Source: Minisyncoccota bacterium
Lineage (GTDB): Bacteria; Patescibacteriota; Minisyncoccia; UBA6257; UBA9933
NCBI GenBank assembly: GCA_041653755.1
Contig: JBAZEU010000002.1
Span: 16,707-80,706 of the forward strand
Direction of reading: 5' to 3'
Length of the DNA stretch: 64,000 nt
The notes beneath the pieces are model-generated. The model ran no database searches, was not told the origin of the DNA, and worked only from the letters and a program-made list of their open reading frames with translations. A program made the translations under genes and the position numbers. This document shows, in pieces, positions 27,999 through 37,700 of this stretch (position 1 is the first letter of the stretch; the number at the start of each line of letters is the position of its first letter).

Positions 27999-29723
27999 AT
28001 GGAAAAGCCAGCTCAAAAAATTAAATACTTCCTCTACGCAAGAAAATCATCGGAGAGCGAGGATCGGCAGGTTCAATCCATTGATGACCAGATCGACCGC
28101 CTAAAAGAACTTGCCAGAGATTTGAGCTTGGATATCAAGAAAATATATAAGGAGTCGAAATCAGCAAAAAAGCCAGACAACAGGCCATTGTTTGACGAAA
28201 TGATTCAACGTATTGAAGAAGGTGAGGCTGACGGCATTTTATGCTGGCAAATTAATCGACTCTCAAGAAATCCTATTGATAGCGGAAAGCTAAGCTGGCT
28301 TTTGCAGCAGGGCACGCTTAAATCAATTCAGACCATAGATCGGCAATATCTTCCAGACGATAACGTTATTCTCTTCAGCGTTGAAAGCGGAACGGCCAAT
28401 CAATATATTCTTGATTTAAGAAAGAATGTAAAACGAGGCCAGGCATCAAAACTGGCCAGAGGTTGGATGCCCGCATGCGCTCCCCAGGGTTACTTAAACA
28501 GCAAGACAAAGGAAAAGGGAGATAACGATATTTTTAAAGACCCAGAACGCTTTCCGATGATACGGAGAATGTGGGATTTAATGCTGACAGGAAATTACAC
28601 ACCCCCTCAAATCGCAAAGATCGCGAACGAGCAATGGGGCTACACAACCAGAAAGACGAAACGATCTGGCGGTAATCCTCTATCAAAAAGTGGAATTTAC
28701 AGAATTCTCACAAACATTTTCTATACAGGAATTATTGATTACGGCGGCCAACAATACGAAGGCAAGCATGAACCGATAATCACACTTGAAGAATACGATC
28801 ACGTGCAGAAGCTTCTTGGGAGAAAAGGCAGACCCAGGGCAAAGAGTCATACCTTCGCCTTTACTGGCTCATTCCGCTGTGCTGAATGCGGTTGCCTTTA
28901 TACAGCCGAAGAAAAACAAAAGCTCATCAAGAAAACTGGCAAAATAAAGGAATACACCTATTATCACTGCACCCGACGCAGAGAAGATTATGATTGTTCG
29001 CAAAAGAAAAGCATCACGCTTGATGATTTGGAATTGAAGATTGAAAAAGAAATCGAGAAATACACGATTCTGCCAGAGTTTCTGCAGTGGGCACTGGAAG
29101 GCTTAAGCAAAAAGAACGACACAGAGATCGAGGACAGAACAAAGATTTACGAAATGCAACACAAAACACTCGTCCAAACTCAGAAAGAACTGGACGAGCT
29201 GACTAAAATGAGGTACCGCCAGCTCATTGATGACGAAACATTTGTCAAAGACAAAAACGAACTATCAACCAAAATCGCCCAATTGAAAAATAAGCTCAGG
29301 GAAACTGAGGCCAGGGCTGAACGCTGGCTTGAATTAACCGAAAATACTTTCAGCTTCGCTACTTACGCACGATCAGCATTTATTAAGGCCAGTGAAATAG
29401 GCAAGGCAGGGTTAGAACTGAAGAAAGAAATACTTCTGGCATTGGGCCAAAGCCCTAAAATTAAAGACGGAGAGCTCGTGATCGAGCCCAATGAATGGTT
29501 TGTGCCAATACAAAAAGGCTATCCTGCACTTGAAAAGAAATACTTAGCGTTAGAACCGACGAAATTGCCACTAAATAAAGCAAAAACAGAGGCTTTGGCC
29601 TCTGTTCGTGCACACTGGCGGAGAGGGAGGGATTCGAACCCTCGGGGCCCTTTCGAACCCAACATCTTAGCAGGATGCTGCTTTAAGCCACTCAGCCACC
29701 TCTCCTTGTTATATCTCGGTTAG
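27999..29723 (+). CDS. large serine recombinase (resolvase N-domain + recombinase domain + zinc ribbon); ORF reads into the tRNA-Ser 3' end
   Basis: YARKSSESEDRQVQSIDDQ with catalytic Ser; CWQINRLSRN (DRLSR-type); zinc ribbon CAECG ... HCTRRREDYDC; the last ~35 codons overlap the tRNA at 29616-29705. Confidence 0.8.
   Translation: MEKPAQKIKYFLYARKSSESEDRQVQSIDDQIDRLKELARDLSLDIKKIYKESKSAKKPDNRPLFDEMIQRIEEGEADGILCWQINRLSRNPIDSGKLSWLLQQGTLKSIQTIDRQYLPDDNVILFSVESGTANQYILDLRKNVKRGQASKLARGWMPACAPQGYLNSKTKEKGDNDIFKDPERFPMIRRMWDLMLTGNYTPPQIAKIANEQWGYTTRKTKRSGGNPLSKSGIYRILTNIFYTGIIDYGGQQYEGKHEPIITLEEYDHVQKLLGRKGRPRAKSHTFAFTGSFRCAECGCLYTAEEKQKLIKKTGKIKEYTYYHCTRRREDYDCSQKKSITLDDLELKIEKEIEKYTILPEFLQWALEGLSKKNDTEIEDRTKIYEMQHKTLVQTQKELDELTKMRYRQLIDDETFVKDKNELSTKIAQLKNKLRETEARAERWLELTENTFSFATYARSAFIKASEIGKAGLELKKEILLALGQSPKIKDGELVIEPNEWFVPIQKGYPALEKKYLALEPTKLPLNKAKTEALASVRAHWRRGRDSNPRGPFEPNILAGCCFKPLSHLSLLYLG
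29616..29705 (-). tRNA. tRNA-Ser (anticodon GCT), type II, CCA encoded
   Basis: Reverse complement GGAGAGGTGGCTGAGTGG ...; anticodon stem CATC/GATG with loop CTGCTAA; long variable arm; GGTTCGAATCC; ends CCA. Confidence 0.8.
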
Positions 29724-29954
29724 TAGATATTTGATTCTTTCTTTGCCCTTGCCAGATTTTAAAAACAATTCTTCGCGTCTGGCATCTTTTTTAGAAAGAA
29801 ACGCTTCATAGTAAATCAATTTCCATGGCCCATTATTTTTTGTGTAAACTGATTTACCTGTATTATGTTCGATCATTCTTCTTTTTAAATCGTTCGTAAG
29901 GCCTTTATATAGTTTATCATTCTTACAGCTTTTCAAAAGATATACATAATACAT
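29709..29954 (-). CDS. GIY-YIG nuclease-domain small protein
   Basis: YYVYLLKS ... LYKGLTNDLKRRMIEHN is the GIY-YIG signature. Confidence 0.7.
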   Translation of the reverse strand: MYYVYLLKSCKNDKLYKGLTNDLKRRMIEHNTGKSVYTKNNGPWKLIYYEAFLSKKDARREELFLKSGKGKERIKYLLTEI

Positions 29955-30082
29955 GTCTTTTATCGGTTTTATACTCAGCCCCAGCCTAAGGCTGGTCCGC
30001 CTCGGGCGGAACCTCTCCTTGTTAAAGCCGACGCTTATTTTTCCTTGTAATTATCTACAATTTCTGCTAATTTTACAAGATA

Positions 30083-31546
30083 ATGAAGAAAAAACAAGCT
30101 GAAAAATTATCGCCTCGACCGCCGATTGTAGTCATCTTGGGACATGTTGATCACGGTAAAACCACTCTTTTGGACTATATCCGAAAAACCAACGTTGCTG
30201 CCAAAGAAGCGGGCGGTATCACTCAATCAATCGGTGCTTACGAAATAGAACATACTGGCAAAAAAATAACTTTTGTTGATACGCCTGGTCATGAGGCCTT
30301 TAATAAAATGAGAGAACGCGGCGCTAATGTTGCTGACCTAGCTATTTTAGTGGTAGCGGCCGAAGAAGGGTTGAAACCTCAAACCAAAGAATCAATAGAT
30401 ATTTTAAACAAAACTAAAACGCCTTTTGTTGTCGCGATAAATAAAATTGATAAGCCAGCCGCTAATATCGATAAGGTTATTAATGATTTATTAGAGGCGG
30501 GTGTTTTATTAGAAAAATATGGCGGTCATATTCCGTGGCAAGGGATTTCCGCTAAGACCGGTGAAGGCGTGAACGAACTTTTAGATCTTATTCTTCTGGT
30601 TGGTGAAATGGAAAGTTTGACATATTCTTTCGATGTTCAAGCTAAAGGAATAATCATTGAATCAAAACTTGACCCGAAAAGGGGAGCTACAGCGGCTATT
30701 GTTTTGAAGGATGGAACTTTGAAAATCGGTGATCAAATCGCCACACAAACAGCTTTTGGCAAAATAAAAACATTGGAGAACTTTTTAGGAAAAAGAGTAG
30801 ATGAAATTTTGCCTTCAAGTCCGGTTTTAATCTTGGGTTTTGAAACAATGCCGCAGATTGGCGAAGAGTTCTGGGCCGGCGGAATAAACATCGTTGAGAT
30901 TAAAACGCCGCCCCTCGAGGCGCCGCCCGAAAGAATAGCGGTTCAAGAAGAAGGGCTAAAAGAAAATTATATCAATCTGATTATAAAAGCGGATAGTGCC
31001 GGATCATTAGAAGCCTTGAGAAGCATAATTGAGGCGATTCCGTTGAAAGACCAAAAAATGAAATTTTTGGAAGCGTCAGTCGGAGATATAACCGATGGCG
31101 ATATCGGCTTGGCTCAAGCCAGCAAAGCGGTAATTATTGGTTTCAAGGTGAAAGTTCAGAAAGCCGCTCAAGAGTTTGCTAGGATCCACAACGTAAAAAT
31201 CGTTACGTCAGACATCATCTATGAGATTGTTAAAATTTTGGAAGAGGGCTCGATCGCTAAAATGCCTCCGACTATATTAGGCGAATTGGAAGTTTTGGCT
31301 GTTTTTAACCAAAAAACAAAAAAACAAATTATTGGCGGGAAAGTAATTTCTGGCGTCATCAAGGCCAATAGTCGGCTCAAGGTAAAAAGAGGCGATGGAG
31401 ATCTCGGTACCGGGAAAATTTTAAATCTTCAACAACAAAAACAGGATGCCAAAGAAATTAAAGCTGACAATGAATGTGGTATGCTTTTTGAATCAGACAC
31501 GAAGATTAATGTTGGCGACCACTTAGTCCATGAATCACAGAATTGA
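30083..31546 (+). CDS. infB: translation initiation factor IF-2 (short form)
   Basis: G-domain VVILGHVDHGKTTLLD, DTPGHEAF, NKID; domain order as in the C-terminal two-thirds of IF-2. Confidence 0.85.
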   Translation: MKKKQAEKLSPRPPIVVILGHVDHGKTTLLDYIRKTNVAAKEAGGITQSIGAYEIEHTGKKITFVDTPGHEAFNKMRERGANVADLAILVVAAEEGLKPQTKESIDILNKTKTPFVVAINKIDKPAANIDKVINDLLEAGVLLEKYGGHIPWQGISAKTGEGVNELLDLILLVGEMESLTYSFDVQAKGIIIESKLDPKRGATAAIVLKDGTLKIGDQIATQTAFGKIKTLENFLGKRVDEILPSSPVLILGFETMPQIGEEFWAGGINIVEIKTPPLEAPPERIAVQEEGLKENYINLIIKADSAGSLEALRSIIEAIPLKDQKMKFLEASVGDITDGDIGLAQASKAVIIGFKVKVQKAAQEFARIHNVKIVTSDIIYEIVKILEEGSIAKMPPTILGELEVLAVFNQKTKKQIIGGKVISGVIKANSRLKVKRGDGDLGTGKILNLQQQKQDAKEIKADNECGMLFESDTKINVGDHLVHESQN

Positions 31547-31865
31547 ACGTTTAAACGAACTGGTTAAAGAAGAGCTGGGAAAAATGTTTTTGAAAGAACT
31601 GGATTTTGAAAATGTTTTGGTTACTATCATGACAGTGGAAATTTCTGATGACTTGGTGGACGCAAGGATAAAGGTGAATGTTATGCCGTTGACGAAATTC
31701 AACGAAGTGGCGGAAATTTTAAGACAGAATCGTAATCATTTGAGATTTCTTTTAATGAAACGAATTAAGATTAGACAAATTCCCCAATTAAATTTTGAGA
31801 TTAACGAACAGCCGGAAAAAGCATCAGAGGTTGAAAAAATCTTTTCAAACGATAAAATAGAATAA
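31530..31865 (+). CDS. rbfA: ribosome-binding factor A
   Basis: RIERLNELVKEEL ... VTIMTVEISDDL pattern; downstream of infB. Confidence 0.8.
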   Translation: MNHRIERLNELVKEELGKMFLKELDFENVLVTIMTVEISDDLVDARIKVNVMPLTKFNEVAEILRQNRNHLRFLLMKRIKIRQIPQLNFEINEQPEKASEVEKIFSNDKIE

Positions 31866-31872
31866 TATTTTA

Positions 31873-31944
31873 GGCCAGGTAGCCAAGTGGTAAGGCAAGG
31901 GTCTGCAAAACCCTTATACGCGGGTTCGATTCCCACCCTGGCCT
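31873..31944 (+). tRNA. tRNA-Cys (anticodon GCA)
   Basis: Acceptor GGCCAGG/CCTGGCC; anticodon stem AGGGT/ACCCT with loop CTGCAAA. Confidence 0.75.
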
Positions 31945-31954
31945 CTCGAATTAT

Positions 31955-32038
31955 GCCCGGGTGGCGGAATTGGTATACGCAAAGGACTTAAAATCCTTCA
32001 CTCGCAAGGGTTTGTGGGTTCGAGTCCCACCCCGGGCA
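31955..32038 (+). tRNA. tRNA-Leu (anticodon TAA), type II
   Basis: Acceptor GCCCGGG/CCCGGGC; anticodon stem AAGGA/TCCTT with loop CTTAAAA; long variable arm. Confidence 0.75.
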
Positions 32039-32055
32039 CAAGTTTACATAGGACG

Positions 32056-33426
32056 TTAATCTCCTCTTCTGAAAAACGGTCTGAATAATAGTTGAAGATA
32101 ATGATAAGGTAATTTCACTCCTTTGACGGGACGGACTTCGTTTACTTTTCTGCCAAAAATTAGAATACTTATTAATCTTAAAATCCCAGAAATCAAAAAT
32201 ATAAACAGAAAGATATTCATAAAACCTATTGGCATTTTAGCTAAAAATCCTCCTAGCCCAGCGCCGATGAAAACTCCGAATCCGGCTAAAACGCTGAAAT
32301 AAGCAAAACACAAACTTCTTCTTTTCGGAGTGACATTATCAAAAATAAAATTAGCAGTGGCTAAGTTGAGACCGGCCCAAGCGATACCGTTAAGAATCAT
32401 CGGGACTAATAAAATATAGTAAAAGTTTTGAGAAAAAATCCACAATATAGGATAGATTGAAGCTAAGAGACCACTGGCCTTTAATGTTTCGACGTTGCCG
32501 TATTTATCGGAAAATTTTCCCCAAAATGGGAATAAGATAACTTGGATAACTGTTGGGACGATAATTAAAGCAATCGTATATTGAACATAGCTGAACCCCA
32601 GTTCTCTTAAAACAAAAACGCCATAAAAGGGAGCGGCAATATTTACGGCTAAAGCGAATATTGATCGATGAAGGACAAATTTGCCGAAATTATTATTTTT
32701 CATCCGCTTAATAAAACTCCAAAAACTGAAATAGTAACCTTCTTCGAGGGTTAATTTCGGCTCGTATTTTTGTTTGGTGTAATAAAGCGCAAAAAACCTG
32801 AAAATAGCGCTTGCGCCGAAAAGGGCGATAAAGCAATAAAAAAGATTATTTCTTTGTTTGCCGTAATCCAGGAAGAATGAAGAGGCGATTACCCCAATAA
32901 GAGAAATAATGCTTCCAGTGGAATTGAGGAAAGCAAAATATCTTCCTCTTTTTATTTCGGGAACCAAATCGCCAATCCATGAGTTTCCGGCTGGCGCTGA
33001 CAAGTTCCCGACTAAAGCGTAAACAGTCCACAAAACAATAATTAGGAAAGAGATATTCTTTAACCCATTCAAGTACAACAAAACAGAAGCAATTATCGGT
33101 AACCAGATTAAGGCCTGAAGAATCGCTAGCCGAAATACAATTTTTTTCCTTCCAAATTTTTCTATTAATCTTGAGGTGAAAAGCTGGGCCAAAGGAGCGA
33201 CTAAGCTGGTGATAGAAGTAAAGGCTGCGATTTCTGAAAGGGTGGCCTTAACGGCGATTAAATACGGCGTGATATAAGTATCGCCGATTGAACCAGCTGC
33301 GGAACCTAAAGCATTTTCTTTAACGGTAATTCTTAAACTTTTATCTTTGAGGTCTTCTTCCTCGCTTATGCCCGGTTCTTCGGTAGAGGTCATTTTTCTA
33401 TAATAGTTGGTGAACTTTTTAAACAT
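32056..33426 (-). CDS. major facilitator superfamily transporter
   Basis: 456 aa, about 12 TM helices. Confidence 0.65.
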   Translation of the reverse strand: MFKKFTNYYRKMTSTEEPGISEEEDLKDKSLRITVKENALGSAAGSIGDTYITPYLIAVKATLSEIAAFTSITSLVAPLAQLFTSRLIEKFGRKKIVFRLAILQALIWLPIIASVLLYLNGLKNISFLIIVLWTVYALVGNLSAPAGNSWIGDLVPEIKRGRYFAFLNSTGSIISLIGVIASSFFLDYGKQRNNLFYCFIALFGASAIFRFFALYYTKQKYEPKLTLEEGYYFSFWSFIKRMKNNNFGKFVLHRSIFALAVNIAAPFYGVFVLRELGFSYVQYTIALIIVPTVIQVILFPFWGKFSDKYGNVETLKASGLLASIYPILWIFSQNFYYILLVPMILNGIAWAGLNLATANFIFDNVTPKRRSLCFAYFSVLAGFGVFIGAGLGGFLAKMPIGFMNIFLFIFLISGILRLISILIFGRKVNEVRPVKGVKLPYHYLQLLFRPFFRRGD

Positions 33427-33526
33427 TTTTAAAACAGATTGATGTTTATAATAGATATATCAGAATTAATTCTGATATATCAAACCTTGATTTGATATAT
33501 CGAGCAAGCTCGCTATACTCATTCTA

Positions 33527-35662
33527 ATGGTTACACTCAATAATTCAATCACCGAAGTAAAAGGCATCGGTCCGAAATTCGCCGTTAAACTAAAAAAGCT
33601 TGGTATCGAAACTGTCAAAGATTTACTTTGGCATTTTCCGTTTCGCTATGAAGATTTTGCCGAAGTTAAGAAAATTGCTGATTTGAAAGTTAACGAACCG
33701 GCCACTATTTCTGGCGTGATACAACAAGTAAGAGTGCAGCGAACATGGAAAAGAAAAATGTTCATTGTTGAAATTGTGGTGGTTGATGACACCGGGAGTA
33801 TCTCAGCTGTTTGGTTCAATCAGCGACACTTAGCGGCGATCTTAAAAAAAGGGAAAACCATAAATTTAGCCGGGAAAGTTGTCTCCAAGAAAAATAGAAT
33901 ATATTTATCAAGCCCGGTTTATGAATTCGTAAACTATGAGGAGCAAGACACTAAACATACGGCTCGGTTAGTTCCTATTTATCCTGAAACGCGAGGATTA
34001 ACATCAAAGGCATTAAGATATTTAATAAAGCCGGTTTTGGACGACTTGGAAAAGTTAGATGATTTTTTACCTGAGACGGTTTTAGGGAAGTTTAATTTCC
34101 CAGAAATAAATTCTGCGCTAAATCAAATTCATTTTCCTGATAAACCCGAAGAAAGTAAGTTTGCCAAAAGACGTTTTGCTTTTGAAGATTTATTTTTACT
34201 TCAGCTTATTAATTTGAGACAGCGGTTGAAATTAGCCAAGCAAAAATCTTTTTCTTTTGAAGCAACTGATGAATATATAGAAAAACTTTTTAAAAACCTG
34301 CCCTTTGAATTAACTGAATCACAGAAAAAGTCATTTTTTGAAGTGATTAACGACCTGAAAAAATCTAGGCCGATGAACAGATTGCTCCAGGGTGATGTTG
34401 GCTCTGGGAAAACAATTGTCGCTGCTTTAGTCGCTATTATCGTTAGTAAGCCCTTCGGTGCTACTCAGGGTAAACAAAGCGTTTTTATGGCTCCTACTGA
34501 AGTTTTAGCCCGTCAGCATTATGAAACATTTAAGAAATTCTTTCCTGAATTTGAAAAAGGTTTAGGGCTTTTTATATCAAGTGAAGTAAAAGTTTTTTAT
34601 GGCGATGGTTTGGAACAGACCATACCGAAAGCTGATTTTTTGAAAAAAATTTCTTCTGGTGAATTAAAAATAATTATTGGGACTCACGCTCTTATCCAGA
34701 AAGGCGTGAAATTTAAAGATTTAGCTTTTGTGGTAATTGACGAACAGCACAGGTTCGGCGTTTCCCAACGTGCCCAGCTTGTTAAAGGATCAAAAACTGT
34801 TCCGCATTTTTTGAGTATGTCAGCCACCCCGATTCCACGAACGCTTACTTTAACTATTTTTGGCGACTTGGATTTATCGATTATTGACGAGCTTCCGAAA
34901 GATCGAAAACCAGTTATTACCAAAATTGTCGCGCCTGAAAATCGCGACAAGGCCTATGCTTTTATTCGTGGCCAAGTTAAAAAAGGAAGACAAGTTTTTG
35001 TTATTTGCCCTAGAATTGAAAAGGACACTACTATTTTGCCCGAAGGAATTGGTTACCAATTTGATTGGCGTATTGAATTAAAAGCAGTTGAAGAGGAATA
35101 CGAAAAGCTTTCAAAAAATGTTTTCCCGGATTTGAAAGTTGGTATGCTTCACGGAAAGTTGAAAGCCAAAGAAAAAGCAAGAATAATGAAAGAATTCAAA
35201 AATAAAGAGATAGATATTTTGGTTGCCACTTCGGTTGTGGAAGTTGGCGTTGATGTGCCAAACGCCACCATTATGATGATTGAAGGAGCGGAAAGATTTG
35301 GCTTGGCCCAGCTTTATCAGTTTCGCGGTAGAGTCGGCAGAGGAGAACATCAATCATTTTGTTTTTTATTCACTGAATCGTTTAGCTCGACCACGAGAGA
35401 GCGTTTAGAATCTTTACTTGAAGCAAAAAACGGATTTGAATTGGCTGAAAAGGATTTGGCGATTCGCGGCCCGGGAGAAATTTTAGGCGAAAGCCAAACC
35501 GGTTTGCCTGATTTAGCAATGAAAGCAATTCAAAATCCGGATTTAGTAAAAGCCAGCCGCGAAATGGCTGAGGAAACATTAAAAGAAGACCCGAAACTAG
35601 AAAATCATCTCGCCTTAAAAAATCGTTTAGATTTATTTCAGAAAGAAGTTCACCTAGAGTAG
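33527..35662 (+). CDS. recG: ATP-dependent DNA helicase RecG
   Basis: N-terminal wedge/OB domain; helicase motifs GDVGSGKT, DEQHRFG, QLYQFRGRVGRG. Confidence 0.85.
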   Translation: MVTLNNSITEVKGIGPKFAVKLKKLGIETVKDLLWHFPFRYEDFAEVKKIADLKVNEPATISGVIQQVRVQRTWKRKMFIVEIVVVDDTGSISAVWFNQRHLAAILKKGKTINLAGKVVSKKNRIYLSSPVYEFVNYEEQDTKHTARLVPIYPETRGLTSKALRYLIKPVLDDLEKLDDFLPETVLGKFNFPEINSALNQIHFPDKPEESKFAKRRFAFEDLFLLQLINLRQRLKLAKQKSFSFEATDEYIEKLFKNLPFELTESQKKSFFEVINDLKKSRPMNRLLQGDVGSGKTIVAALVAIIVSKPFGATQGKQSVFMAPTEVLARQHYETFKKFFPEFEKGLGLFISSEVKVFYGDGLEQTIPKADFLKKISSGELKIIIGTHALIQKGVKFKDLAFVVIDEQHRFGVSQRAQLVKGSKTVPHFLSMSATPIPRTLTLTIFGDLDLSIIDELPKDRKPVITKIVAPENRDKAYAFIRGQVKKGRQVFVICPRIEKDTTILPEGIGYQFDWRIELKAVEEEYEKLSKNVFPDLKVGMLHGKLKAKEKARIMKEFKNKEIDILVATSVVEVGVDVPNATIMMIEGAERFGLAQLYQFRGRVGRGEHQSFCFLFTESFSSTTRERLESLLEAKNGFELAEKDLAIRGPGEILGESQTGLPDLAMKAIQNPDLVKASREMAEETLKEDPKLENHLALKNRLDLFQKEVHLE

Positions 35663-37183
35663 TTAGGGATTTTCTATTATTCGTCTTTTCGGTGTAACCC
35701 AAAAATCAAGCCGGTGTTTTCCGCTTAACATAAGCCGGGTTTGAGCATCGAGAGCTGGTATTGATCCGAAAAATATTAAATTTATAGGCATCAAAAACCA
35801 TTGCAAAATATAGAGTGAGTAATGCCATTTTTTAAACCATTTTGGTTTATCTGGGAGCGTTAGAATATTAAAAATCACTGTTGATATTATTCCAATGGAA
35901 GCGAACGTCATTAAAAACGAGGTAATTTTCGGCAGGTTATAAGATAGAATCGATATATTGAATCTGTCTCCGCCCAGTTGGATTGGCAACCATCCGAGAA
36001 GAAAAATCAAAAGCGCATTTGTTGACCAGCCGAAAGAACCGGATATTAAGTCGAGAGACCATTTAATTTTTTCTTTAAGAAGAATTTTTTTATTTTTTGC
36101 AAAGCCAGCTACTAAGTAAGCAATATTCTCGGCCCCCCAAGCCCATCGTCTTTGTTGTTTATAAAGATTAGAAATAGTTTCTTTCATGGTCGGACCGACA
36201 TTGGCATCCATCGAAACAGGATAGAAAAGGGGAATGACTCGCCAGTCACCATTGTAATGCAGAAAACATTGAAAAAAGATATTCGAATCCTCAGAAACTA
36301 TATTGGTATTCCAAAAACCAATTTCAGCCAGCGCTTTGAATGGGATAGATTGAGAGGAAAAAGTTGTTAATTTTTCTGGTCTGCTTTGCTGCATCAATTG
36401 CCAGGAACTGCAGGTGAAAGAAACAACTCGGGCTAATGCCGGCGCTTGGTAAATATTATTGTTGAAAAAAGGAATCGGCTGATAGCTTGAACGAAGGGGA
36501 TTCTTGGCGGTTAAAAAATTATAAGTTAAAACTCCGAAATAATCTTTCATAATTTGAGTGTCGACATCAAAAATTGAAACTAAAATATTTTCGTAAGGAA
36601 TTTTTAAAGGATCGATAATCGTTTTTTTAACTTCTTTGCCCGCCCATGCTTCATTTGATCCTTTCCCGGCTATTTCACCCGGTAAGTTTTTCGGATGGAC
36701 AGTTATTAAAAATTTAAAAAATTTATCGCCGAAATCTTGTTTTATCCTTTTGGCTGTTTCCTGAGCTTCTGGGCTTGCTCTTTCTTCTGTGGCCAAGACC
36801 ACGATTATTTTATCTGCTGGATAGTTAGCATTGGCTATTGTTTCAAAGCTTTCTTTTACAACGTTATATGGTTCTTTATACATTGGAAGGATTACAACGT
36901 GATAAATATCTTCCCAGCGAATTTGCATAAAGCAGGAATTAAGCGGTAGGATTTTGAGTTTTTCGAGCCAATTAGTTTTTAAATTTTGGTCAGCTTTTGA
37001 GAATCCGAGATGAAGATGAATTGCTAAGTAAAGAGTTTTTAAAAGCCAATATAAATCAAAAACAATAATAAAAACAGCTACCCAAACAGGCTGAAACCAA
37101 GAAAAGAAAATAGCCAAGGCCAAAGCAGTCCAAGCTAATGCGCCAGGCAAAATTTCAAAAAACCGATAAAGTTTTGATGACAT
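35663..37183 (-). CDS. family 2 glycosyltransferase, membrane-embedded processive type
   Basis: DVDTQ and QQRRWAWG (QxxRW) motifs with multiple TM helices. Confidence 0.7.
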   Translation of the reverse strand: MSSKLYRFFEILPGALAWTALALAIFFSWFQPVWVAVFIIVFDLYWLLKTLYLAIHLHLGFSKADQNLKTNWLEKLKILPLNSCFMQIRWEDIYHVVILPMYKEPYNVVKESFETIANANYPADKIIVVLATEERASPEAQETAKRIKQDFGDKFFKFLITVHPKNLPGEIAGKGSNEAWAGKEVKKTIIDPLKIPYENILVSIFDVDTQIMKDYFGVLTYNFLTAKNPLRSSYQPIPFFNNNIYQAPALARVVSFTCSSWQLMQQSRPEKLTTFSSQSIPFKALAEIGFWNTNIVSEDSNIFFQCFLHYNGDWRVIPLFYPVSMDANVGPTMKETISNLYKQQRRWAWGAENIAYLVAGFAKNKKILLKEKIKWSLDLISGSFGWSTNALLIFLLGWLPIQLGGDRFNISILSYNLPKITSFLMTFASIGIISTVIFNILTLPDKPKWFKKWHYSLYILQWFLMPINLIFFGSIPALDAQTRLMLSGKHRLDFWVTPKRRIIENP

Positions 37184-37187
37184 AACG

Positions 37188-37262
37188 CAGCCCCGACGGG
37201 ATTCGAACCCGTGTTACCAGGATGAAAACCTGGCGTCCTGGACCAGGCTAGACGACAGGGCC
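37188..37262 (-). tRNA. tRNA-Glu (anticodon TTC)
   Basis: Reverse complement GGCCCTGTCGTCTAGCCTGGTCCAGGAC ...; anticodon stem CCAGG/CCTGG with loop TTTTCAT; GGTTCGAATCC; acceptor has two G-U pairs. Confidence 0.7.
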
Positions 37263-37397
37263 CTAATAAAGCATCTTATCAAAAACATTCTCTTTCTTCA
37301 ACCGAAAAAATTTATTGACATGAAATTGAATAGATGATAATATTTTAACTTCAAGGATTTGTTGTTTTACATTTTTTATATTCTATGGAGGGAAGGC

Positions 37398-37571
37398 ATG
37401 AGCGGAACCTTTAATGAACTTCGGAGAGGAATTGCTAAAGAGCAATTCGGTTGTCAGTTTAGGCGTTTAAGTCCAGATCAACGAAAACAAGTGAAAGATC
37501 TAGCACGTAGAACGGTGGTTGAACGAGACCTTGCAATACGAAGCGTAAAAGACGGAGATAGAAAAAAATAA
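37398..37571 (+). CDS. hypothetical small protein (57 aa)
   Basis: ATG after GGAGGGAAGGC; basic helical peptide. Confidence 0.4.
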   Translation: MSGTFNELRRGIAKEQFGCQFRRLSPDQRKQVKDLARRTVVERDLAIRSVKDGDRKK

Positions 37572-37595
37572 AAACTTTGTCACTTTTAATATTTT

Positions 37596-37696
37596 GGGGC
37601 CTTAGCTCAGTGCTAGAGCGCCATGTTAAACCGTGATAAGAAGGATCACGGTTTGATTTATCGCGGAGGTCGTAGGTTGGATTCCTACAGGCTCCA
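37596..37696 (+). tRNA. atypical 101-nt tRNA-Ala-like gene with a 27-nt perfect hairpin inserted in the anticodon-arm region
   Basis: Acceptor GGGGCCT/AGGCTCC with G3-U70, D-arm GCTCAGTGCTAGAGC, GGAGGTC before T-arm GTAGG-TTGGATT-CCTAC (all Ala-like), but no canonical anticodon arm; 10-bp stem AAACCGTGAT/ATCACGGTTT with loop AAGAAGG at 37634-37660. Confidence 0.45.
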
Positions 37697-37700
37697 CTTC

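Noticed and set aside
29616-29723. C-terminal roughly 35 residues of the serine recombinase as a genuine protein tail
   Set aside because: This stretch is the reverse complement of tRNA-Ser(GCT); the open frame there is most simply explained as read-through of the tRNA gene.
37596-37696. tRNA-Sec (selenocysteine) as an explanation for the 101-nt tRNA-like gene
   Set aside because: No UCA anticodon in any loop, and the acceptor is 7 bp. tRNA-Ala identity features fit much better.
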